From: Eledone cirrhosa
Taxonomy: Eukaryota
Direction: 5' to 3'
Length of the DNA: 64,000 nucleotides
Assembly: GCA_964016885.1 (NCBI GenBank)
Contig: OZ024740.1
Coordinates: 388,802,001 to 388,866,000 of the forward strand
The translations under genes were made by a program, and so were the position numbers. A model generated the notes under the pieces. It ran no database searches. It was not told where the DNA came from and saw nothing but the letters and a program-made list of their open reading frames with translations. Below are positions 28,134 through 42,559 of this stretch, in pieces (within the stretch, counting starts at the first letter, position 1; each line of letters begins with the position of its first letter).

Positions 28134-28871
28134 GCAACAATAACATTAGTAGCAAAAACTGTTTCTTTCTTTCTCCCTCGCACTTACATTTGCACCAACT
28201 TTCTCATAACAACTCCCTCTCTCTCTCCTCTCTCTCACACACACACTCTCTTATACACGCACACACACACACATACATCCCGTATACTCTCTCTATCTCT
28301 TTCTACTTCTACCCCCCCCACCGCTCTTTCTCTCTACGTTATTCTTTACATGCAATGTTTTTATTCCTGATGAAGAGCTCTGTCCGATATGTCAAGCCTC
28401 TCTTCATCCTAAAGGAAAACTAGGTTTACTTTTTCATATAAATAGCCCTAGTATTCTTCTTTTGTAATCCCTTATGCGTTTAAATGTATATACTTACTTG
28501 CATAATAACTTCATCTGCGTACCCAGAGCCTATAACGTATGGTTTGATTAGTGACAACTTGAAACACCTTTTACTGGAGCCAGAAATTTACGTTGCTGCA
28601 AGCAAAATTTCGATGTCTCGTTGCATATTAAAATTATGGATAAACTGAAGGGAAAAGAAAGAAGGGGACAATGGGACTGAAGAAAACACTCATAAATAAT
28701 TCCTATCTTTGAAGATATTTATATAAAATCTATCTTAAGGCCTTTGTATTAATATATTTTAAGTCATTTTAAGGCCTTTGCATGTTTTACAGTTTATCTT
28801 AATGTATTTTAGATCTTCTTTCATTGTTTCCTTTTTCTTTTCTTTTTTCTTCGGTTGCGAAAATATTATCT

Positions 28872-29160
28872 TGGCGGCGGATTGATAGGGTTATTAGAAC
28901 GTCGGTTAGAATGCTTTCGCGGTAGTAGTTCTGGCTCGCACCGAGGTCAATTTTGCCTTTTGGGGTCGATAAATAAAGTTACAGTGGTTGGTTTCTCCTC
29001 TATATCTCTTTTTCAATTTTCCTTTATCAGTCTCTCTCCTTCTCTGGAAGAAATCAGCTATGTTCAGATCTGGAGAGAATGTGAACTCCGCCAGGTTTTA
29101 CAAAATGCCCACGAAACGCTGTATGACACTACGACACCGCAAATGAGTTATGGATGAGAA
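28872..29160 (+). mobile_element. SINE, alternative-tail subfamily
   Basis: ccgaggtcaattttgccttttggggtcgataaataaag, plus the tail shared with 22430-22735. Confidence 0.6.
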
Positions 29161-29799
29161 AGAAAGAGAAAGATAATTACTTGTATTAGGAATAGCTGGA
29201 TCAAACTCGCGCTATAGGTAAACAAACCTTGATTTTACAGTGGGTTTCCCTAAAGTTTAACAAGTAGGTCTTTCGAGGTAAACACGACAAGTTTGTTTAT
29301 ATAGAGAACGAAGAAATACTCAATTTCAAATGCATATTTTCGCATTTGTTTTTGAACTGATTCTGTGATGTGGTTCACAAAATTCAATGTTTTGTTAATT
29401 TTCTTTTTTTTAAATCTTCTCTGTTATTAAATCTCGTGCTTGAGAATTGTGTGGATCAGATTTCTATACACTATTACATTAACCTGTGCAACTATTTGTA
29501 ATGATATTCAATATATGTTATTACTTATATTTTGAAATGCAAATGGGAAATTATTTGTATCAAGACAGATGGAGATTATATGTTTAGGATATTGCATACT
29601 TGATGGCATTAAAAATTTAACGTTGATATAGAAATCGATATATGTTTAAATTATACAGCCTTTTTCAGATGCCATGCCATTAGATGATTGATTATTCTGT
29701 TAAATGACTATTTCAGAACATTTAGAATAATTCGTTAATGTCAATAAATAGCTGATTGTGAATAAATATGGTATAAGTTTACATATAAATATAATATAC

Positions 29800-29987
29800 T
29801 TCTACATACATACATACATTCACATATACATACTTACACACAGACACACACACATACACATACATACTTACATACATGCATTCACACATACATACACATA
29901 CATACAATATATATATAGCTACATACATAAATACATACATACATAGACGCACGTACGCACGCACACATACATACATACATACATACA

Positions 29988-30021
<34 letters not shown>

Positions 30022-30068
30022 CATACATACATACATACATACATACATACATACATACATACATACAT
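29800..30068 (+). repeat. (ATAC)n / (CA)n compound microsatellite
   Basis: Direct read. Confidence 0.9.
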
Positions 30069-30549
30069 CATTTTCAGTATAGCTTTAACATAAATTCCAA
30101 ATTTAAATTAAACTATTATTACAATGCAAGGCAAACAAAGCTTCTTGCTACATTCGGCATTGACATCAATTACTACAATCACAATATTGAAACATGATAG
30201 AGTGTTTCTGCCTTAAAGCAGAACTTATATTTTTTTCCGAAGCATGGATTTTAGACTGTTCGAATCACTTAAATCAATACAATATTACTTTACTAGATTA
30301 TATTCCATAAAACATAGATTGTTATATTGCATTTTTTACAGCACTACACCCAGGTTCAATATTATAATGCATTGCACTCGAATAAAAAAAAAACATCATG
30401 AAAAATCAATACAGTATTAAAATGCGCCGAAACATGGATATTTTTTCTGTTCAATGTAATAGATTATAATGCCAAAGGTAGCAACAGCACTAAGAGAAGT
30501 AAAGAAGATTAACAACTTAAATCTAACCCTATGCAGTTTATTATTTTCT

Positions 30550-30731
30550 ATTGGCAGTGTCGGTAGAGGGTCGGACGCCATGCTTTGAAGCATAGAGTTA
30601 CGTCCCTTTAGGATCTATGTTCAAATCCCGCCGAGGTTGACTTTGCCTTTCATCCTTACGGGTCGATGAAATAAAGTACCAGTAATGCACTGGGTAATTG
30701 CTGGTCTTGTGCCTAAAGTAGAAACAATTAT
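30550..30731 (+). mobile_element. tRNA-derived SINE, main family
   Basis: Family motifs. Confidence 0.9.
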
Positions 30732-31224
30732 TTTCTAATATATCGTACCAAAGTATAACCACGATATCTTAAAGGCATTGAAATTGACTATTGAATCAAC
30801 CACTCCTTTTTTCAAGAAAACTAGTAATGTAACTGAATTAAAATGTTTCAAAATTTTATCAAACGCAGACGATAGTCTTGTTTCAGAAAATACCTTGCAC
30901 TTAGTTGTGAGTCTTAATGTTATATTTGAGGTGATCGGAAAATTTAGAAAACTTTAGTTCGTGTGTTATTCTAGAAACGGAATTCTATTCATAAAAGTGT
31001 ATGGATGAAAATATACGATTGTGATGTATTTTCTACTCATTCACCACATCTTTCTTGACTTCTAAATCAACGAATAACCTTATGAGTAATCTATGAGTAA
31101 TATTAAAACATAATCTTATCATTCCGTTCTGATATATAAACCGACACGCATTAGATGAATTAAGGAAAGAGATTATACAAATGTTCAAATCATTTTACTT
31201 AAAAATACCTATAGTCACTATTCT

Positions 31225-31328
31225 AACCTCTATCACCTTCCTAGATGTAAAACTAGACATAAAGAATAGCCACCACAAGCCACATAGAAAGCCAAAAAAT
31301 AGACTGCCTTACATAAACGTAGGATCCT
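31225..31328 (+). mobile_element. Penelope-like element RT-thumb remnant
   Basis: SITFLDVKLDIKNSHHKPHRKPKNRLPYINVGS aligns by eye to VNFLDITLDLATGIYQPYHKPNQNLHYIHSQS of the 51675 ORF. Confidence 0.65.
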
Positions 31329-31581
31329 GCAACGGCCACCAAATAGAGATGGCATATTCGGAAAAATTCACTGGACCCAAACTCATGCGTCAACCAGAGA
31401 GAAGAAAAGCACGCCCACTTAGCAGAAAATATACACTCTATTTTTGGTCACCAAATATCCAGACACCCACCCATATTATACTTAAGCAAATATCTCTTTT
31501 TTATGGGGGGGGGGGGGAGATACAGGTCACATCGGATAAAAAAGTCAATTTTTACTTATATAAATTAGATTTTGGCTTAAG

Positions 31582-31666
<85 letters not shown>

Positions 31667-31750
31667 GAAGTTCTATTTAAATTGTTGGGATACAACAAGC
31701 AAATATTTTTATAACTGATATAAAGCACTCAACAAATTATTGGAGTAAAA

Positions 31751-32055
31751 ATACGATATACTAACAAATGGAAATTATATTTATAAAACCATATTTATTT
31801 CATTATACATATTTCAAGGACACCAAGTTAAATTATGGTGTGCTTTCATCAGATAAAATATAATATAGATCAGTTTTATAAATAAATATTGACATACCCT
31901 TAAAGAATGCGACCATTTCTGTTGGAAGCTCCCTGATCTATATTATATTTTATCTGATGAAAGCACACCATAATTTAACTTGGTGTCCTTGAAATATGTA
32001 TAATAAAATAAATATGGTTTTATAAATATAGTTTCCATTTGTTAATATATCGTAT
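31751..32055. mobile_element. Family C element: ~123-bp inverted arms, each with a hammerhead (31796-31860 minus; 31946-32010 plus)
   Basis: tattttat CUGAUGA aagcacacca..tggtgtcctt GAAA tatgta ta ataaaata. Arms 31751-31873 / 31933-32055; abuts (TA)n. Confidence 0.82.
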
Positions 32056-32258
32056 ATATATATATATATATGTAGATAAATCTACCAAAATATACGGTCG
32101 TGTCCAATTCATATGAAGAACTCAATGTAATCCAAATGTCATGAAAAGAGAAGATGCATTCAAAAATTTTCGATGAAAATCATAGGAAAACAGAGTCAAG
32201 ATAAATTAATAAAAACAATGAATAAAAACAAAGAACAAGTTCCTTATATTAAAAAATT

Positions 32259-32392
32259 CATCATTTTACGATCGTTTCTAGGATATATATGTGTGTTGGT
32301 ATGTATATCATATAGATCTATGTAAAAATATTATAAACTATCAGAAGAAATATACATACCCTCACATATACATGCTGTCTTCAGAAAGGATG
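32259..32392 (-). ncRNA. Hammerhead ribozyme with long stem II
   Basis: Inverted counterpart of 33101-33234. Confidence 0.7.
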
Positions 32393-33100
32393 AGATTTGT
32401 TTATTGAAAAAAACCAACATAGATTTAATATAATAGGTCTGATGGGAACAGGTTTTGAATTGACCAATAGAAAAGTAGTCCTTAGAAGGTATCGGTATAT
32501 TCTTTAAAGAAGTTCCCAAGTATTGTTTTTCCATTGTAATATGGATAATGGACAAGAAAGAGAGCTCAACTATATATATAGGGAGTCATAAAATTATGTA
32601 TATATATATATATAAAAAATGTATATTAAAATATGAATACCCGTATAAAATTAGGATGTAGATAAATCTACCATTTTTAATAACATCTAATTCTTATTTA
32701 TCACATCCATATGAATTAATATAAATGTATCCCTATAAGTATACCTATCAATTAATTTAATTTCTTGTTATAGATCTAGATTCCTTGTGGTTTAAATAAG
32801 ATTGGTATTTCTCACTAATACCCTTACTCTAAAATTTTACTTTCCTTCGTTTTTAACATTATTCTTTAATAACATCAAATTTTCGTGTACCCTTCACCGG
32901 CTTGACCTCTTTTCTTCCCGAAAGTATTCTTTTTCATTCAAAACATAAGTCTGCACTCCTCTACCCCTAAATTAAATTTCTACTACTACTATTCTATCAA
33001 CTAGACCTCTTATTACTTTTCTATTGGTCAATTCAAAACCTGTTCCCAAACAGACCTATTATTTTAAATCTTTGTTGGGTTTTATTCAATAAACAAATCT

Positions 33101-33234
33101 CATCATTTCTGAAGATAGCATATATATGTGAAGGTATGTAGATTTCCTCTGATAGTTTGTAATATTTTTACATAGATCTATATGATATATATACCAACAC
33201 ACATATATATCCTAGAAACGATCGTAAAATGATG
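33101..33234 (+). ncRNA. Hammerhead ribozyme with ~100-nt stem II
   Basis: catcattt CUGAAGA tagcatatatatgtg...cacatatatatccta GAAAC gatc GUA aaatgatg. Confidence 0.78.
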
Positions 33235-33288
33235 AATTTTTTAATATAAGGACTTGTTCTTTGTTTTTATTCATTGTTTTTATTAATT

Positions 33289-33486
<198 letters not shown>

Positions 33487-34092
33487 ATATAAATATTAGC
33501 CAAATTCCGGTGTACAAGTGTCAATATTAAATATCAATACGGAATGATTTGAAATTGAAATGTCATTGTTATTTTGTCTGACTGCTTTTCTTACTTAAAG
33601 CATCTATCAATTTCATAGTTGAGCAGGCTACCTTTTTGAAGTCTCCATTTAACCAGACAATGTTTCACAACATTGTCTGCCGATTTGATTATACCAGAAA
33701 ATAGAATGTTGTCTTTACATTAAGAGACTGAATCAACTGACACGTGAATTATATTATCTGAACATACAGTTGTAATAGTAATGACGATGATCTTTGTAAT
33801 AATAACATTGATTTCTGCCGCAAGATTAACGTATGTGAGGATATTACAAGGATAATTTACAAATCTTCAGGCTGTGTTGCTGCATTTACGATAAATCAAC
33901 AGGAATAAAGGTCACACGCTCATGAATACTTTCAAACAGTCATACACACAATCACACACACTACACACACACTACACACACACACACACACACATGCACG
34001 CGCACACACACACACACACACACATACACATACACATTCTCGAAGTGAGATCTGCTAAGATCCCTATCGCCAGGGATCTTAGCAGAGAATTG

Positions 34093-34170
34093 ACTCCCTG
34101 ATGAAGAAAGGAATTCTCCATGGTTTTGCACACTATGTATATCCCCTTTCAGAAACTAATTAGTTGGAGT
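34093..34170 (+). ncRNA. Type I hammerhead ribozyme (family D)
   Basis: actcc CUGAUGA agaaagg..cctttca GAAAC taatta GUU ggagt; palindromic loop III (actaattagt). Confidence 0.78.
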
Positions 34171-34335
34171 GAAACTTAAGTAAGTAAGTTAATTATTATA
34201 ATTTTCTTATTTTACGTCTTTCATATAATTATTCTACATTTTTGTATTAAACCACAAAGTTACTAAGACAAAACCTATATCTTGCTAGCATAAGTATACT
34301 TCTGTATAAATATGTTGGTAAATATACTAATTCTT

Positions 34336-34424
<89 letters not shown>

Positions 34425-34462
34425 GTATGCATATGCACACACACACATATACATATATATAC

Positions 34463-34579
<117 letters not shown>

Positions 34580-34606
34580 AGTATGCATACACACACACAC
34601 ACACAC

Positions 34607-34671
<65 letters not shown>

Positions 34672-34744
34672 AGTATGCATACGGACACACATATATATTC
34701 CCATATATATATACTTACACACATATATATACATGTACATATGT

Positions 34745-35245
34745 ACATATAGGTTATATCGAACATTAATAATAATTTTCGATTCTTTTGTAAAGAAACG
34801 GTCCGATTTGTCCAACACTGGCTTTGAGGAATAATCAACATGTTTCTGGGTCATTACCCTTTATCAGGACTGTATACCTTTCTGTCAATATGTTGACAGT
34901 TTTTTCTTAAGTATACATCGGCTGTGTAGCCTCATTTGCGTACCGAGCGAATTGCAGCTGGCTTTGCCGAATATTAAAAATAAAATTAGAATGTTATTCA
35001 AATCAGGCCGTTTGTTTACAAAAGAATCGAACGTAAATTGGCAGTATCAGTAGAGGGTCGGACGCCATGCTTTGCAGCATAGAGTTACGTTCCTTTATGG
35101 TCTGTGTTCAAATCCCGCTGAGGTTAACTTTGCCTTTCATCCTTACGGGGTCGATAAAATAAAGTACCAGTAATACACTGGTTTTATTGCTGGCCTTGTG
35201 CCTATATAAGACACCATTATTAATGTTCGATATAACCCATATGTG
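34745..35245. mobile_element. Non-autonomous element with inverted termini, a degenerate hammerhead (34833-34871, minus) and a nested SINE
   Basis: ggttatatcgaacatta..ttcgattcttttgtaaa is mirrored at 35008-35031 and 35220-35240. Minus strand reads agtc CUGAUAA agggt..accca GAAA catg tt gatt. Confidence 0.62.
35038..35220 (+). mobile_element. tRNA-derived SINE, main family (nested)
   Basis: Family motifs. Confidence 0.9.
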
Positions 35246-35282
35246 TGTATGCACATATATGTGTGTGTATATATATATTTAA

Positions 35283-35415
<133 letters not shown>

Positions 35416-36077
35416 TATGCATACTTACGTTTATGTATCAGCTGTGCTAGAGCGAGAAATAAAATTATCTATATGTATATATCAATGTTTTAAGCAATGT
35501 ACATAAACGACAAAATTTAATTGAATAAATAAATGAATAAAGTGTTTAAATGGGTGCTGTGATGGTGGTCGTGCGTGCGGTTTCACTCTTTTTGGCTCTG
35601 ATGTCTGGAAAGTTTTGTTTCTGCTTCATGTTTTTTGTAAAGAGAGAAAGAACGAGAGTGAGACATTAAGACGAGTCTTATCTAATTTGTTGTTGGTCGT
35701 CTTAGCTTGCGCCGTAAATACTTATCCTCGCATATATCTTTTTCTACACTTGAGCTTACATAGGTACACACTTACGTATATATATTCAGACACGTACATA
35801 CTTATACACACACACACGCACACACACACACATACACATACATATATATGTGTATATTTATATATATATATTTACATACACGCAGCAGCAAATATATGTA
35901 GGTATATATCCACACACACACACAGACACATATATATATATATATATATACACACATACACATACACTACACATGCAAACAGACACACATATAAATATGT
36001 ATATATATATACATATGTGCATATATGTATATACACAATCTTATATACACACTCACACATTTATATATATATATATA

Positions 36078-36640
36078 GTAATAATAATAAAATTGAAGAC
36101 TAAAATCCAAAGAGGGCTCGATAAGGATAAATATATATCAAATATATAAGAACCGTAGAGCAAATATTTATTAAATAACAGATTAAAGTTTAAGCAAAGA
36201 ATCGCTGCTTTCACCCTTAACGGGATCTTCTGAAACTAACAAAGTCAATCTGTAAACGCAGAACTGGATATTTCAAAAAACGTTGCAACCGGAGGAAGAC
36301 AGGAAGACGATACTTTGGTTCGTGGAAACGTTCGCTGGCAAAGAACGGGAAAAAACGAATAATACGTCATTAATAGGAGCGGTGAAAAACAATTACGCGC
36401 AAAGACAGAACCACGTTTATGGTATAAAAGAGGTCGTAGACTAATGTTCTCATAGGTGGTGCATAGAGACGTTCTCTGGCAATGAACGAAAAAACGAAGA
36501 TAATAAGTCATATGTGGAGCGTGGAGAACAATAGCACGCAAAGACAAAACCACGTAAATGGTATAGCAGAAGTCGTAGACTAAAATTCTAACTAGGAGAC
36601 CAAATGAATCTCCGCTACAGAGTTAAGAACAAAGTAAATA
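36078..36640 (-). mobile_element. Family B element with an internal ~125-bp duplication
   Basis: Homologous to 41928-42350; hammerhead-like fold at 36187-36237 on the minus strand. Confidence 0.78.
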
Positions 36641-36884
36641 AATACAATACAGAAGTAATAGAAATAAATAAATACTTACACGCGAACAAATACGTACATA
36701 CACAAGCATACGCAAAACCTTACCATAGGTATACAAAACCACGCACATATAAATATGTGTGTGTGTGTGTATGCTTGTGTACAAATAAATAAATAATTAT
36801 ATAAACGTATATAAGTAAATAAATGCGTATAAACAAGCGCACACACATACCTACATATAAATACACGAATGTTCGGAGACGTAA

Positions 36885-39300
36885 GTCAACTAAAACAAGA
36901 AGTACACATATACACACACCCACCATACGTACGGTGGGTGTGCGGTGGCGTGGGGTGAGGGTGGTGGAGCGGTGGACAGCACAGGCGTGAGTGAGAGCGG
37001 TGTGGACGAGAGAGGGGGGGTAACCTCTGCGGATGAAATGGCTGACTAGGGAAAGGGCCTTGGACTCAAAGTCGGCATCTCGACTACAGAGGCGGCGGAT
37101 CCTGAGGAGTTGGGAGTAGGGAATAGAGTGTTTAGTGTGTGTGGGGTGGGAAGTGGTGAAGTCGAGGTAAGAGTGGGAGTCGGTGGGTTTGAAGAAGGCG
37201 GAGGTGACGAGGGAGTGGTGGGAGGGGTCGAAGGCGACGGAGATGTCTAAGATGTGGACGTGGGTGGTGGAGGCAGAGGTAGTGAAGTGGAGGGAGGGGT
37301 GGAAGGAGCAGAAGAAGGAGAGAAAGGAGTCGAGCTGTTCTCGGGTGAGGGTCAACTAAAACAAGAAGTACACATATACACACACCCACCATACGTACGG
37401 TGGGTGTGCGGTGGTGTGGGGTGATTTGGGCCTCAACATGGCCTCAAAAAGGTTGGCATAGTTTGGGCCTATTCTTGTACCCATGGCTACCCCCGTGACC
37501 TGTTGGTAAAACTCACCCGAGAAGGAGAAACAATTGAGGGTGAGGACCAGCTCGGCTAGGCGAAGGACGGTGGGGTGGACGGAATGGGGGAGGGGCGAAG
37601 GTCGAGGTAGTGTTTGAGGGCGCGTAGGCCGTCGGCGTGGGGGGCGTGAGGGACTTGATGTCTAGGGTGAAGAGGAAGGGCTGTGGGCCGGGTGGGTAGG
37701 TGAAGGAGTCGAAAAGGCGCAGGGCGTGGTTGGTGTCGGAGATGTGGGAGGGGAGGATGGTGACAAGAGGGGCGAGGATGGAGTCGAGAAAAGCGGAGAT
37801 GAGTTCGGTGGGGTAGTTGCAAGCGGAGACGATGGGGCGGCCGGATTTGTCGGGTTTGTGGAGTTTGGGAAGGAAGTAGATGGTGGGGGTGCGGGAGGTG
37901 GGGGTGCGGGAGGTGCGTACGAAGAGGTGGGAAGCGGTGGGGGAGGAGGGAGGAGGAGACAAGGTGTTGGATGGTTGAGGAAACTTGTTGTTGGTAGAGG
38001 GGTGTGGGATCGGAGGGTAGAGGGCGGTAGAAGAGAGGGTTACGGAGCTGCCTGAGGGCTTCGGCCGTGTAGAGGTCCACGCGCAACACCACCACGGCGC
38101 CTCCCTTGTCCGCCGGTTTGATGACGATGTCATCTCGGCTACGGAGGGAGCGGAGAGCGAGGAGTTCGCCCTGTGAGATATTATTCCGTTTGGAACGGTG
38201 GCGGAAGTCGAAACGATTTACTGCGCTACGGCTGGCATCGACGAACGCGTCCAGGGTGCTAAATTGCCCTGGGGCCGGCGTCCAAGAAGATGGTCGTCGG
38301 CCGAGGGCGAGAAACGGGTCTGGGGCGTTCGGAGCCGGTGGGGTTCGGCCGAAATGTGCCTGTAGCTTCGTGCGTCGCACGAATCGCTCGACTTCCGTTC
38401 GGGTGCGGAACTCGTCGCTGTGCGGAATGTGGGGTATGAAGCGAAGGCCTCTACTAAGGAGTGAGCGCTCAGGTGGGGAGAGGGGGAGGTCAGGGGGTAT
38501 GGTGACAACAAGTGGTGGGGTTTGGGTGTGTGGGGAAGGGAGGGTGTGGTGAGGGGCGGGGTGGAGGGTGGAGATTGTGTAGGGGTGTGGGTCGAGGGAG
38601 GGGTGGAGAGTGGTGGGCTCATGGGGATGGGCGGGTAGTGGTGGGTGGGGGTGGTTGGGAGGAGTGAGTGTAGCTTGCGGGCTTTGGTGGAGCTGAGGAA
38701 GGAGAAGAGGTCGTGGTTGAGGTTTTGGATGAAGGAGAGGATGGCTTGGGCGAGGAGGGGGTGGCAGGTGGAGTTAAGGCGGAGGAGGGTGGGAGTCAGT
38801 TGGTGGTCAAGTTGGCGGAGGGTGGAACGGGAGGCGCGGATGGATTGCGCATCAGGAGGCGTGAGGATCGGGTGAGGATACGTTGCGTGGAGGGGGAAGC
38901 GGCGGGGGAAGGGTGGAAATATAGACGGAAGCCGAGGGGGATAAGGTGGAGGCGGAGGCAGTGGCTGAGGAAATGGATGTGGCTGGAGTGCCGGGTTTTG
39001 GCGAAGAGAAGGTAGGAGAGTTGAAGGGCAGAGGGGAGATAGCAGGGTGGAAGGAGGGGGGGTGAGGAAAAGTTTGAGGCTATTGTGTAGTTGGTGGAGA
39101 AAGGATCTCAGGCTGGGCATGGTGGGCGTTGGGTGAAAGCAGGGGGAGGGGATGAGAAAGCAGGTGTGTGAAGCGGGGTGGGGTTGAACGAAGGAGTGAG
39201 TGCGAAGGATAGGCAGAGACGGGGAAGGGAAAATGAAACAGAAAAACGTAAGGAGGGGAGAGTATACACAGGAAAAATAAAGACAAAAAATCATAAAGGT
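36885..39300 (-). mobile_element. Neptune-like Penelope element (N-terminus + RT + thumb, frameshifted, no GIY-YIG seen)
   Basis: LLSRGLRFIP, IVIKPADKGGAVVV, YFLPKLHK..GRPIVS, TLDIKSL, GVAMGTRIGPNYANLF, FKPTDSHSYL..SHPTHTKHSIPYSQLLRIRRLCS..RGYP. Confidence 0.9.
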
Positions 39301-39680
39301 AAAAACACAGGCAATCGTGAACAAAAAATCATAGAAATAAAAAGGTAAAAACACAGGCAAAAAATCATATACAGAAATAAACAAGTACAGTAACAAAATC
39401 AAACAAAGGTAATGCGTGGAAGGAAAGAACAAATGTGGGAAGGTGTATATATACCTACACATCGACAGCCAGCTATATATATATTCGCAGATATAGCCAA
39501 ACATATATGTGCTTACACATGTGTAGATAAATACGTACATACACACATAGACTCAATCATACATACACCTGCCCCCATACACGTATATGTGCAGTCGCAC
39601 ATTTATAGTACACCAACATGTGTCTAAGTACAATATACATGTGTCTCCCCAAATATACATAGATACATATCTTTTTAGTT

Positions 39681-40215
39681 TTAGTTCCTCCAGTCCCTTG
39701 TGGAACATTGGGCGACGAGCTTCCTCCACTTGATCCTGTCACTGGCGGCCCTTCTAGCACCTCTCCAGGTAATTCCCATCTCCCGTAGGTCGTCCCTGAA
39801 TGTGCTCCGCCATGTTTTTCGTGGTCTTCCCCGTTCTCTCCTGCCACCTTCTGGTACCCAATCCATGGCAATATGAGCAGGTCGATCTGCCGGCAAACGA
39901 AGGATGTGGCCCGCGAACCGCCGTCTCCTTTTCCGGACAATGTCCCTTAACCTCTCTAATCCTGACCTCCTCATCACTTCCTCGTTGCTAACTTGGTCTC
40001 TCCATGAAATTTTCAATATGGTCCGAATGCAACGACGGTGGAATACATCAAGCTTGTTACATACACTTTCCGTACTCTTCCATGTCTCACAGGCATATAT
40101 CGCTGTTGGTACTACAATGGACATGTAAACACGGAATTTGACGGCGTTGCCGATGTAACACCTGGACCATACCGGATGGAGTCGCTGGAAGACCGCCGCT
40201 GCTTTTCCCAGCCTT
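39681..40215 (-). mobile_element. RTE-clade LINE 3' fragment
   Basis: YACETW..LDVFHRRCIRTILKISWRDQVSNEEV..FAGHILR..RGRPRKTWR..DRIKWR. Confidence 0.9.
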
Positions 40216-40469
40216 GTGCGCTATGCATATATAGATACATACATATACATATAAACATAGACACATGAACTTACATAGATATTTCTATGCAGAGATTGAT
40301 GCATTTATTAATGTAGACACATACCCAGGTGCACATACACATACATATACTTATACATCTATATGTATCACTTATATATCTATATGTACACAAAGAAGAG
40401 ATAGATATACACATATGCACACACATAATATAAATATATGTGTGTGTGTTCATTATTTAGAGAAATCAG

Positions 40470-40633
40470 TGCCTGACACCATGCTTTGTAGCATAGAGTT
40501 ATGGCCCTTTACATTCTGGGTTCAAATCCCTCTGAGGTTAACTTTGCCTTTTATCCTTACGGGATCGATATAATAAAGCACCAGTAATGCACTGGGTGTA
40601 ATTGCTGGCCTTATACCAAAAGTAGAAATAATT
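40470..40633 (+). mobile_element. SINE, main family (5'-degraded)
   Basis: Family motifs. Confidence 0.82.
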
Positions 40634-40864
40634 ATTTAGAAGAATCATATTGTTCTTAAATGTTTTGTTTCTGTTGTAAAGTTAGAAATATGTTTAATAT
40701 TAATGCAATATTTATAGTGAATGTCTACCAACAGTCGTTTTTCGTCACAAATAGTGGAATGAAATTGTAAAACATTAGAAATGATTGCCTAAATAAAAAA
40801 TGAATGCAAATCTTTAAAGCAACAGAAATGACAAACTCCATAGAAATAATATCAACAAAAATAA

Positions 40865-41047
40865 TAATTGTTTCTACTTTTGGCACAAGACCAGCAATTA
40901 TCCCAGTGAATTACTGGTACTTTATTTTATCGACCCCGTAAGGATGAAAGGCAAAGTTAACCTCGGCGGGATTTGAACTCAGACCATAAAGGACCGTAAC
41001 TCTTTGCTGCAAAGCATGGTGTCTGACCCTCTACCGATACTGCCAGT
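40865..41047 (-). mobile_element. tRNA-derived SINE, main family
   Basis: Family motifs, reverse complement. Confidence 0.9.
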
Positions 41048-41151
41048 AATAATGCTAACAACAATCCTACAGTGGTACAGTAAGTTCAGCAATTAAAACC
41101 TAATAAAGGTCATATTAATGCTAAACCCGATAGTAATACCATAAGTACAGG

Positions 41152-41318
41152 GAAAATCTACATTGGACTGATAGAATATGCATTTAAATCCTGCTTTTCT
41201 CAACACCTTTTCAATAACAGACGATTGCAGAATTCAACATCTCTGTCAAAATATATCTGGCAATTGAAAAACAGCGAAATGGCAAACCCTACCATCAAAT
41301 GGAGTATTGTGACAAATG
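41152..41318 (+). mobile_element. Penelope-like GIY-YIG remnant
   Basis: Manual translation KIYIGLIEYAFKSCFSQHLFNNRRLQNSTSLSKYIWQLKN..TIKWSIV parallels the C-terminus of the 51675 ORF. Confidence 0.72.
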
Positions 41319-41563
41319 TGAGTATATATGTACGCATGTATGTATATATATATGTATGTATGTTCTTCTGGTTTTATAATTTCACAAATTTTTGCCAATA
41401 GAGAAAGAGTCGGTTTCTAACATAGTTACAAGACTCTCTCATTGGAATTTACACAACATCAACTAGGTAGATATGTATGCATATGTATGCAGATATGGAT
41501 GTTATTGTATGTGTGGATGTGTATGTTTTGGGTTGTATGTGTGTATGTGCATTTGTATGTATG

Positions 41564-42350
<787 letters not shown>

Positions 42351-42559
42351 GTACTCAATACCCAAGTAGAGTTTAGTTATTCATTTATTATAACGAGGAA
42401 GTGGGTCTTCATATTATGGACTATGACCTACACACTTACAAGATAATCAGACAAGAGTCTTGTCTGATGATCCTGTGAACGTACAGGTAAAACAAGAACC
42501 CCTACCTAAACAATTTTTAGAATTGCTATATTTTCATTACATGCCGATATATGGACTGT

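Noticed and set aside
28365-28420. ctgatgaagag as a hammerhead
   Set aside because: It forms a simple hairpin with ctcttcatc; no correctly placed GAAA, stem III or stem I.
42464-42500. ctgatga-tcctgt..acagg-taaaac as a hammerhead
   Set aside because: G12 is missing and I could not find stem I/III closure; at most a relic.
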